From positions 259 to 64,258 of IMG/VR virus record IMGVR_UViG_3300021197_000485: 64,000 bases of DNA; one strand, given 5' to 3'. The notes beneath the pieces are model-generated. The model did not search any database. It saw only the letters and a program-made list of their open reading frames with translations, and was not told the origin of the DNA. This document shows, one piece after another, positions 19,221-27,216 of the stretch; position 1 is the first letter of the stretch; each line of letters begins with the position of its first letter. This DNA is from a virus. Taxonomy: Duplodnaviria > Caudoviricetes. The translations under genes were made by a program, and so were the position numbers.

Positions 19221-19694
19221 ATGGGATGGGTTAGTGATTTATTCGGCGGCGGAGCTAAGGATGCGGGTAGGAAGAGAATGAAGAAACAGAAATCCTACTA
19301 TGAAAATGCATTGTCTCAACAGGGTAACTATTACACGAATTTATTAAATAGAATGCAATCTAACATGCAATCGCTACAGTCTAGTGCTAATCTTCAAGCA
19401 GAAAGTATGCAGGCAGAAGCTAACAAAGCTCTTGCAGAACAACGTAAAGCATACCAAAGACAGGCCAGAGCAGTTGCTAAGCAAAGAAAGACAGCTGCTT
19501 TTGCTTTGGAAAACAGACAGACCAAAAAGGTAATGCAAGCTAAGTCTAAAATGGTTAGAGATTCTGTTTTAAATACCGGTGAGACTATTAGTGGTGGTCG
19601 AGGCAGTGTTATGGGAAGAGCTTATAAGCCTAAGAGAAGATTAGCTTCCAAGGGTAACAAGAGATCTGGCCGTGGGGGCTCAAGGCCCGCTTAA
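19221..19694 (+). CDS. putative small virion/ejection protein
   Basis: MG..LFGGG start, Q/A coiled coil, basic tail; gp6.7/7.3 position. Confidence 0.6.
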   Translation: MGWVSDLFGGGAKDAGRKRMKKQKSYYENALSQQGNYYTNLLNRMQSNMQSLQSSANLQAESMQAEANKALAEQRKAYQRQARAVAKQRKTAAFALENRQTKKVMQAKSKMVRDSVLNTGETISGGRGSVMGRAYKPKRRLASKGNKRSGRGGSRPA

Positions 19695-19713
19695 TTAAGG
19701 AAGGAAATATATT

Positions 19714-20103
19714 ATGGTATTTGGAAGCGGTGGCGGTGGATTTGACATGCCTGATCAACCCGCATATGAGCCAATGACTTTTGAACAGCATTCATTGTTG
19801 TTAGATAAAGAGGCTGAGATTGCAAATCTTCGGGATGAGCAGCAAAGAAATTTTATACTTGAACAAGAAGAAATGCGTTTACAACAAGAAGAAGCAGATC
19901 GATTACGAATCCAACAAGAGCAGACTGCAAATGAAATGGAACTAAGGCAGCAAGAACAAGAAGCAGCCGGAGCATCCTTGGATACAGGTGTCGATATTAT
20001 TGAAGCTGATGTTGATGATGTGGTTGCAAACATGTATGGCGCATTACTTGGAGGTGTTGAAGCTGGCGGTGAGGCTGCCGGTGGTGAACCCGTCCCTGAA
20101 TAA
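19714..20103 (+). CDS. putative small virion protein
   Basis: FGSGGGG..P, E/Q coiled coil, immediately before the portal. Confidence 0.6.
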   Translation: MVFGSGGGGFDMPDQPAYEPMTFEQHSLLLDKEAEIANLRDEQQRNFILEQEEMRLQQEEADRLRIQQEQTANEMELRQQEQEAAGASLDTGVDIIEADVDDVVANMYGALLGGVEAGGEAAGGEPVPE

Positions 20104-20114
20104 GGAATAACTAA

Positions 20115-21707
20115 ATGGATAACATTGCTCAAAGATACAATATCCTAGACTCTCTACGTGAAAACAAGTTAGAGAGAGCAAGATATTGCGCGTCTTTAAC
20201 AGTACCCTCTCTTCTTCCTCCAAGTAATTGGAATGAACAGAGTCAACTTCCTCAGCCCTATAGTTCAGTCCCAGCTCGGGGCGTAACCGCTATGGCTAGT
20301 AGAATGTTATCCGCTCTCCTTCCTTTAAACGACATGCCTTTCTTTAAGTTTGACCTGTCTTCTGGAGTGAATCCCGAAACAGAAATCGTACAATACCTAG
20401 AGAACCTAAGCTTTCAGGTCTACAATAAACTATCTAGTGGTAACATTAGAGAATCTATTTATCAAGCTCTCCAACATTTGATTGTTGTTGGAGATGTTAT
20501 GTTAATTATGGGTGACGATATGAGCTTCCGGCTTATTAGATTAGATCGTTTTGTTTGTAGGCGAGATGTGTACGGTGATCTTGAGGAAGTTATTTATATT
20601 GAGTATGAAACAGATCCTGCCGTGATTGAAAGCAACGAGCTATTAAATACCCTTGGTATTGGTGAGCACGATAAGCATGGCTATAAGTCAATCTATACGT
20701 GTGCTTATAAGGATAAGGGTATTTGGAAAGTTAAGAAAGAAGATCAGGACGGTAATGTTATTGAGACAGGTGAGTACATAGTACCTCCCTTTGTTGTCTT
20801 GCGATGGTCTGGTATCCCCGGTGAAAACTATGGTAGATCCCATTGTGAAGATGTCATTGGTGATATTAAAACTCTTGAAGGGTTTACTGAGGGATTAATC
20901 CATGGCATTACAGCTTCGTCTATCTTTTGGATTGGAGTCGACCCGACTGGTATGGCAGAGATTGATGACATTGCTAAGTCACCTACTGGAAACTTTGTCT
21001 CCGCTAGACCAAATGAAATCCATACTGTCTCCCCTTCCACAACAATGAACCCACAAATTTCTTCGGTTCAAGCAGGGGTTGAGATACTTCGGAATGAAAT
21101 AGGTAAAGCTTTCCTTTTAGATTCAGCAAGTATGCCTCAGGGTGAGCGGGTAACCGCTACTGCTGTACGTATGATTGGACAAGAGCTTGAGAATGTTTTA
21201 GGCGGAGCTTTCTCTGCAATTGCTAGAGATTTAATGAAGCCCGTAGTATCTAGAACTGTCTTTATTATGACAACTAATGGAGATGTTGATGAACGAATTC
21301 GTGATTTGTTTATGACTGAAGAAGGATTACTTAGTGTAGAAATTGTAACGGGTCTTCAGGCACTGAGCCGTGACAGTGATCTTCAGAAGTTAATGCAGAT
21401 GGGTGAGATGGTAAGAAACTTACCTGAGAGTGCTATCGCATCCTTTAGGTGGGATCAGTATGGCAAGGCGTTAATAACATCACTTGGATTTAACTCAGAG
21501 AATTGGATTAAATCTGAAGAGGATGTTAAGAGAGAAGAACAGGAACGAGCCGCACAGATGGCTCAGTTACAAGGCCAGCAACAGCAACAGATGATGGGAC
21601 AGCAGGCAGCCGCACAGGTTGCACAACAGGCTGCTATGCAAGACTTAGAACAAACTGGTGGACAAGGAATCCAGCAGGTAATGCAGCAAATGGGGGTTAA
21701 CCAATGA
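20115..21707 (+). CDS. portal / head-tail connector (T7 gp8-like)
   Basis: LTVPSL, PYSS..ARGV..MASRM, PFFK, GENYGRS, ERVTAT.VR, TGLQALSR. Confidence 0.96.
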   Translation: MDNIAQRYNILDSLRENKLERARYCASLTVPSLLPPSNWNEQSQLPQPYSSVPARGVTAMASRMLSALLPLNDMPFFKFDLSSGVNPETEIVQYLENLSFQVYNKLSSGNIRESIYQALQHLIVVGDVMLIMGDDMSFRLIRLDRFVCRRDVYGDLEEVIYIEYETDPAVIESNELLNTLGIGEHDKHGYKSIYTCAYKDKGIWKVKKEDQDGNVIETGEYIVPPFVVLRWSGIPGENYGRSHCEDVIGDIKTLEGFTEGLIHGITASSIFWIGVDPTGMAEIDDIAKSPTGNFVSARPNEIHTVSPSTTMNPQISSVQAGVEILRNEIGKAFLLDSASMPQGERVTATAVRMIGQELENVLGGAFSAIARDLMKPVVSRTVFIMTTNGDVDERIRDLFMTEEGLLSVEIVTGLQALSRDSDLQKLMQMGEMVRNLPESAIASFRWDQYGKALITSLGFNSENWIKSEEDVKREEQERAAQMAQLQGQQQQQMMGQQAAAQVAQQAAMQDLEQTGGQGIQQVMQQMGVNQ

Positions 21708-22117
21708 GTGCTGAACAACAACCAAATGCTTTTGTTAAAAGATCACAAGGTGCAGTGGCAGCAGTAGCTTCCTCAAATGCTTCGTTGTCTTTAACAAGCG
21801 CTACAAATAGTTTACGCAGTGCTACTATTACAGATAATATTAATGGAAAGAAATTACATGTTTGTATTGATGTTGTGACTGCGTTCAGCACAGCAGCTGA
21901 TACCCCAGTTTATTTAGAAGGATCTATTGATGGCTCAAGTTGGGCTGTCGTAGGAACTCTTTCAACAGACTTTGTACCTTCAACTGTTGGACCTAGATTT
22001 TTTACAATTGATCTTACTGACGTTAGCTCAGTACCATACTTTGTAATTCACTTCAATTCAAGTGGAAAGGGAATTGGTACTTCAGGTTCGTGTACATTCC
22101 ATCACTACTTCACTTAA
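21704..22117 (+). CDS. putative virion decoration protein (paralog 1)
   Basis: S/T-rich beta protein; LEGSIDG, DLT..SVPYF.IHFN. Confidence 0.65.
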   Translation: MSAEQQPNAFVKRSQGAVAAVASSNASLSLTSATNSLRSATITDNINGKKLHVCIDVVTAFSTAADTPVYLEGSIDGSSWAVVGTLSTDFVPSTVGPRFFTIDLTDVSSVPYFVIHFNSSGKGIGTSGSCTFHHYFT

Positions 22118-22132
22118 CTAAGGAGGCATTAA

Positions 22133-22555
22133 ATGGCCGTTATTCAAATTTCAGATACTGCTTGGACTAGTAGTACTGTCAATAGTCAAACAATATATAC
22201 ATCGGCCACGTCTCAGGCTGCATCAGCTGTAGGTGCATCGAATAGCTTAGTGTCTGGAAACATTACAAGCAATCTGGCAGGTAAGAAGATTCTTATTTCG
22301 CATACTATTGCTACCGGATACGCTGATGTAGTAGCAACTTTAGTTCTTGAAGGTTCTTTTGATGGAACTAATTTCGGAGCTCTTGTTACTTTAGATGCAG
22401 ATACTCAACCCAACAACGCAGCTACTGAAACTTATGTAGCTGACCTGACAAACTATACTTCGATTCCTTACTTTAGGATTCATTTTAATGCTAGCGGTCT
22501 AAACTTAGGCACGGGTAGCGCAACTTCTGTTTTTAAATATGCTTTCACTGCTTAA
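22133..22555 (+). CDS. putative virion decoration protein (paralog 2)
   Basis: LEGSFDG, DLT..SIPYFRIHFN. Confidence 0.65.
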   Translation: MAVIQISDTAWTSSTVNSQTIYTSATSQAASAVGASNSLVSGNITSNLAGKKILISHTIATGYADVVATLVLEGSFDGTNFGALVTLDADTQPNNAATETYVADLTNYTSIPYFRIHFNASGLNLGTGSATSVFKYAFTA

Positions 22556-22566
22556 GGGGGTGATCT

Positions 22567-22830
22567 TTGTACGATAAATATATTAAGGCTGCGGCTGTTA
22601 CTCCGCATGATTCCAACACTATCTCTGGATTTACTGGGAGTGGGTGGGATGCTATGTACGTAGGAGTAAGTGGCAATGTTACTATGCAACTTGAAGGTGA
22701 CAGTGCTGCCGTTTTGTTTAAGAATATGGTTCAAGGAACTGTGTACCCTATTGCTCCTCAAATAGTTAAGGCAACTGGGACCGCAGCAACTGATATTGTA
22801 GTTCTTGAATCGGGTGGGACTTATTCGTAA
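22567..22830 (+). CDS. head spike-base-like protein (resembles RcGTA Rcc01079 family)
   Basis: AAAVTPHD...AMYVG.SG.V...F.N...G.VYPI...VKATGT.ATDIV pattern; TTG start. Confidence 0.65.
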   Translation: MYDKYIKAAAVTPHDSNTISGFTGSGWDAMYVGVSGNVTMQLEGDSAAVLFKNMVQGTVYPIAPQIVKATGTAATDIVVLESGGTYS

Positions 22831-23789
22831 TGCCTAGTAAATACACCAAAGCAGTTGCTGTTACGCCTAGTGATGGTTCTGATTTAACTACCCCAGCTGA
22901 CGCTATTTTTGTAGGTGATGGATGTTATACAGATAGTACTACCTCCCTCCACACCTCTCTTACAACCGATGCAGGTGAACCAGAGGGTTGGTGGAGAGCT
23001 GATAACGTTTCATCTGGGTTTATGGTTGGTCAAGGAAGTAAAAACACACGAGCAACTAGAGCTTCTCAAGGTGGTGTTTCTGGACCGGGAGTAGATGCTA
23101 CCGGTATTAATGGAAAACCTATGATGACTTTTTCAACTAACAAGTATTTATCCATAGCAGACTCAGCTGAGTTTCGATTAAGCGATGATGATTTTAGTTT
23201 AGTTATTGTATTTAAATTGGATGCAGTAAATACTGAACAATTTATTTGGTGTAAGGATAACTTAAACAGTGACTGGGGTTTATATGTTAATTCAAGTGGT
23301 ATCTTAAACTTTAAAACCTCTGACTCCCCTGATTTAGTTACGGATAGTGCTATCTCTGCGGATACTTGGTATATCTGTGAGATAACTAAGGATGGTGATG
23401 ATGGTTTTATGTATCTTAATGGCGTCTTAACAGATACCGCAACCAATGGGTTTGATACATTTGATGCAGACTTAACAGATGTTATGTATGTTGGGTGTAG
23501 GCAAGGTTCTTCGTCATTAAGTAGGTTTGTTGCTGGAGATATACCTGAGTTTATGATGTGGACCGGAGGTAGTAAGCTATCTTCTGGTGATAGAACTAGG
23601 CTTATGGGTTATCTAAATGACAGATACTTTAACACAACCCGATTTGTAGATGTATCTACTATTGCTTCAGGTAATACAAGTAATGTCGATACTGATCGTT
23701 TGGAGAGGGGTGTAGTTCATCCCTTAAAAGTTTCACGGATACGTAGTACCGGTACAAATGGCTCAAGTATAGTAGCTTTATACGAGTAG
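22830..23789 (+). CDS. spike-base-like protein with inserted LamG/concanavalin-like domain
   Basis: N- and C-termini match the preceding ORF; the middle has WWRAD, INGKP, TWY, MYLNG, GDIPE. Confidence 0.7.
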   Translation: MPSKYTKAVAVTPSDGSDLTTPADAIFVGDGCYTDSTTSLHTSLTTDAGEPEGWWRADNVSSGFMVGQGSKNTRATRASQGGVSGPGVDATGINGKPMMTFSTNKYLSIADSAEFRLSDDDFSLVIVFKLDAVNTEQFIWCKDNLNSDWGLYVNSSGILNFKTSDSPDLVTDSAISADTWYICEITKDGDDGFMYLNGVLTDTATNGFDTFDADLTDVMYVGCRQGSSSLSRFVAGDIPEFMMWTGGSKLSSGDRTRLMGYLNDRYFNTTRFVDVSTIASGNTSNVDTDRLERGVVHPLKVSRIRSTGTNGSSIVALYE

Positions 23790-23799
23790 GAGTATTGAT

Positions 23800-24006
23800 A
23801 TGGATGTTAATGGGTGGGACCAGTATAAGAAATTAGTTATACATGAGTTAGAACGTAATAATAATAGACTTGAAAAACTTGATCAAAGGTTAGCCAGTAT
23901 TGAACACCGGTTAGCTGTACTACATACGAAGATGTATGTGGCTGCCTTTGCGGCAAGTTTAATTCTAACTGCGGGGGTAAACTTTATCTTCGCGGCACTT
24001 AAGTAA
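23800..24006 (+). CDS. small coiled-coil + C-terminal TM protein (holin/XhlA-like)
   Basis: Heptad repeat followed by a hydrophobic helix; AGGAG SD. Confidence 0.55.
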   Translation: MDVNGWDQYKKLVIHELERNNNRLEKLDQRLASIEHRLAVLHTKMYVAAFAASLILTAGVNFIFAALK

Positions 24007-24046
24007 TCAGACTCTCGACGGGGGAATAATCTGATAGGAGATTTTA

Positions 24047-25000
24047 ATGACTGAACAGAACAACGAGTATGTGACTCCTCATTCCGAGGATACGCCTGAT
24101 GTATTACAGGAACAAATTACGGAACAGGAACAATCACTGACGAGCGATCCTAATGAGATCGCGCATATGAAGGAAAGACAGGCGTTTGAAACCTATGTTC
24201 AAACTAGTGGAGAAGGTATTCCTGAAAATTTTAAGGATGCCTCAGCTTGGTTTGATAGTTTAAAGGAAGCACAAAAGCAGTATACCCAGTCTAGGCAAGA
24301 GGTTGCTGACCTTAAGTCTCAGTACATGGAAAACGGTGCGGTTAATCCTAGCTATCAAGAATCTCCAGCACCTACTCCTGAAGTAGATACTCCAGAGCCT
24401 ATGTTAACTGACGAATTAAGAATACCCAACACTCCAAATCCTGAGACTGAGACCCCTACTGTAAAGGGTGTTCCAGAAGAAGAATATATGAAGTGGGGTA
24501 CTGAGCTAGCTACCACTGGAACCCTGTCAGATGAAACCAGACAAAATATTAAGTCTATGACTGGTTTTACTGAGGGTATGATTGATGATTATGAGATGGC
24601 TCAACATGCAAGACTTAAGAATAGATTCGACGAAGCCTCACAGGTTGTCGGTGGCCGAGAAAACATGGACAAGATGTTCAAGTGGGCTACTGCTAACTTA
24701 AATCAGGCTGAACGCGATGCAATTAATACTGGATTGTCTTCTCCTCAGTATGATATTACTCTTCGAGGTTTAGCTGCTAAGTATAATGAAGCGGTAACTG
24801 CTCCTAAGGCCAATGAGCCTACCACTTCACCTAGAAACTTAGCCGCAGTACCTGCCAGTGAAACTGGGTATATAGGTTATAAAACTCAAAGAGAATTTAA
24901 GGCTGACAGAAACAATCCTAAGTATAGGTTGGATAAGAATTTCCGTAATGCAGTTGAAGAGCGAATGGCTCGAACTGATTGGAATACCTTACCAGCTTAA
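24047..25000 (+). CDS. capsid scaffolding protein (T7 gp9-like)
   Basis: PENFKD, VGG.E..D.MFKWA..NL, NPKY..D..FR..VE; position before the MCP. Confidence 0.9.
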   Translation: MTEQNNEYVTPHSEDTPDVLQEQITEQEQSLTSDPNEIAHMKERQAFETYVQTSGEGIPENFKDASAWFDSLKEAQKQYTQSRQEVADLKSQYMENGAVNPSYQESPAPTPEVDTPEPMLTDELRIPNTPNPETETPTVKGVPEEEYMKWGTELATTGTLSDETRQNIKSMTGFTEGMIDDYEMAQHARLKNRFDEASQVVGGRENMDKMFKWATANLNQAERDAINTGLSSPQYDITLRGLAAKYNEAVTAPKANEPTTSPRNLAAVPASETGYIGYKTQREFKADRNNPKYRLDKNFRNAVEERMARTDWNTLPA

Positions 25001-25187
25001 GAAGGGAAGACGGACCCACATTTGGAACTGTGTGAACAGGATGTGATCCCTCCTAGTGAATTCTAGGACAATGGATGCACCGACCAATACAAATCCGCCT
25101 CAGAGAAGGACTCCTTTGGAATAATCCTAGCTGTTGAATCATAATCCGTGATAATAGTTTTATTTTATTTCAACAAAGGAGACTTAA

Positions 25188-26459
25188 ATGTCTAACTTAA
25201 CACAGGGGCAATTAGCCTATCGTGAAAATGTAGCTTCTCCCACCTCGGGCTTACCTTTTAGCTCTGGAGATTCTGCGGGAACTGGACAGGCTGGTAAGCT
25301 TTGGCTTCCAATTTGGTCAGGCGAAGTTATTAATGCGTATGATGAATTTAATATGTTTGAAAAGGTCGTTACATCCAGAGTTATTCCAAGCGGAACGACG
25401 ATGGAATTCCCAATTACTGGTACTGTTAACCTGAACCCTTCGTGGGATGCAGGTGAAGAGTTAATCGGTGGTTCGGATGCTCATACCTCGACGTTCGCAG
25501 TCACCTTGGACAAGCGTCCAATGGCTGCTCACTTCGAGCTTGACAACGTTGACCTTATGCTGACCCAGTGGGAGTATCGTAACGAACTGGCAAGACAGTC
25601 TGCTCTGACTTTGGCTAACACCAGAGACAAGCAGCTCTACTCTTACCTTGTTCGTGCGGGTGTCACTAGTCAGATCACTAACGATCCTCGTCCTAGTTTA
25701 AACTTGGACAGTGCGTTATATGGTGATGATGGCAGTGGTTCAAAGAAGCTTTCTTCATGGGGTACTGCTGGTGCTGCTGCGGCTGACCGAGCAACTGGTG
25801 CTCTTTCAGCTCTTGAAAACATTGAGAAGTATATTGTCTTCCTTCAGGAAAACAGTATCCCTTACAGCCAGTTATTTATGGCCGTGAGTCCTCAGTGCTT
25901 CATGGACATCCGTGCGTTGGGTGTTGCAAGAGCTTCGGGAGACCTTAACTCCGGTGGCCGTCAGCTCTACTTCGGTGGTAACACTGATGGTGGCTTTGGT
26001 ACTGGTTTGGGTAATCACCTGACCGATGCTTATGGTCAGATGCATGACTCGCTTGAGTACATGGGTTGCACCATCATCAAGACGAACCACGGTTCGGACC
26101 AGCTCAGAGACACCTCTGGTGGTACGACCCTTGGTGAAGCCAAGTACAACCTTGACTTCTTAATGGGTATGACAGACTCAGGTACGGAAACTACTGGTGT
26201 TCGTGCTGTTATGTTTACCCCTGATGCAGTTGCCTCCCTTAGACTTCAGGGTCTTAAGGTTGACACTGTTGATGACGTGCGTCGAAACACGACCTTCACG
26301 GTCGCTTCGATGATGCAGGGTACGGGCGTTCTTCGTCCCGAGTGTGCTGCAATTATCCACGCGGGTAATGCAGCTCACGCTGACAACGACACAAGGGCAG
26401 AGCTTCGAGGAGCTTCTAAGCTTGATGTTGATGCTGACGGTTACGCTCAGCAGTCCTGA
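25188..26459 (+). CDS. major capsid protein (T7 gp10-like)
   Basis: LWLPIWSGEVINAY, G..MEFPITG, R.ELARQ...LANTRD, G.GVLRPECA. Confidence 0.95.
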   Translation: MSNLTQGQLAYRENVASPTSGLPFSSGDSAGTGQAGKLWLPIWSGEVINAYDEFNMFEKVVTSRVIPSGTTMEFPITGTVNLNPSWDAGEELIGGSDAHTSTFAVTLDKRPMAAHFELDNVDLMLTQWEYRNELARQSALTLANTRDKQLYSYLVRAGVTSQITNDPRPSLNLDSALYGDDGSGSKKLSSWGTAGAAAADRATGALSALENIEKYIVFLQENSIPYSQLFMAVSPQCFMDIRALGVARASGDLNSGGRQLYFGGNTDGGFGTGLGNHLTDAYGQMHDSLEYMGCTIIKTNHGSDQLRDTSGGTTLGEAKYNLDFLMGMTDSGTETTGVRAVMFTPDAVASLRLQGLKVDTVDDVRRNTTFTVASMMQGTGVLRPECAAIIHAGNAAHADNDTRAELRGASKLDVDADGYAQQS

Positions 26460-26500
26460 TTGAACTAGTGTAACAGTTCGTTACGCTATTTATGCACAAA

Positions 26501-26537
26501 TCCCCCGCTGCCCCAAGTGGGTGGCGGGGGACTTTTT
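26501..26537 (+). terminator. intrinsic terminator after MCP (T-phi analogue)
   Basis: TCCCCCGCTGCCC/GGGTGGCGGGGGA stem followed by TTTTT. Confidence 0.85.
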
Positions 26538-26553
26538 ATATAGGGAGATTCTT

Positions 26554-27213
26554 GTGGGCGTTATATCTAGACTTGATGCTGTAAATCATATGTTATTAAT
26601 GGCAGGAGAATCCCTTGTTTCTGATTTAGAAAATAACAGTGGATTAGATACGGAAGTATCTGAGTTTATTTTAGATCAGTTTGTTGATGATTTTCAACTA
26701 AGAGGAATTGCTAATAATAATTTTTGTAAGAAAGTAACATTGACTACTGAGGGTAAGATCCTATTACCCGCTAATACTATTTCAGCAGAACTTATCTCAC
26801 ATCATACAAATGATGATGAGGGGTGGAAGATAGTTGGTTTAGTAAAAGGAAATCCAGATAAGTATCTGTTCAACGTAACAGATCAGACTGATATTTGGAA
26901 ACCAGATATAGATTACTATGTTGATATCATCCATACTATTCAATGGAATGATATGGATACTCCCGTACAACGAGGTATTCTTTCGGCGGCTGCTAGACAA
27001 TACCAAATGGTTACGCAAGGAGACGGGGATGCAGACATTTATCTCCAAGGCTTAGAAAATATGTACGTCACGGGAGCAAAGGCATCTATTCTAGATGATA
27101 AGAATAGGAATGTATTTGACTCGGGTACTGGAAAACTTAAGGCTATCTTAAACAGAAGACTTGGTACTAATGATCCGGCAAGGTTTCGGTTCTGGCGTAC
27201 TACAGGAGGATAA
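26554..27213 (+). CDS. tail tubular protein A / adaptor (T7 gp11-like)
   Basis: SRLDAVNHMLLMAGES.V, AARQYQ; GTG start after GGAG. Confidence 0.9.
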   Translation: MGVISRLDAVNHMLLMAGESLVSDLENNSGLDTEVSEFILDQFVDDFQLRGIANNNFCKKVTLTTEGKILLPANTISAELISHHTNDDEGWKIVGLVKGNPDKYLFNVTDQTDIWKPDIDYYVDIIHTIQWNDMDTPVQRGILSAAARQYQMVTQGDGDADIYLQGLENMYVTGAKASILDDKNRNVFDSGTGKLKAILNRRLGTNDPARFRFWRTTGG

Positions 27214-27216
27214 TTA

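Noticed and set aside
21540-21700. CAG/CAA-rich repeats
   Set aside because: Gln-rich low-complexity portal tail, not a DNA repeat element
26400-26500. Possible T7 gp10B-type frameshift extension
   Set aside because: No long downstream frame; the terminator follows directly
26536-26548. TATAGGGAGA, identical to the T7 promoter 3' half
   Set aside because: The upstream binding region is absent; explained by the terminator T-tract plus the SD of the gp11-like gene
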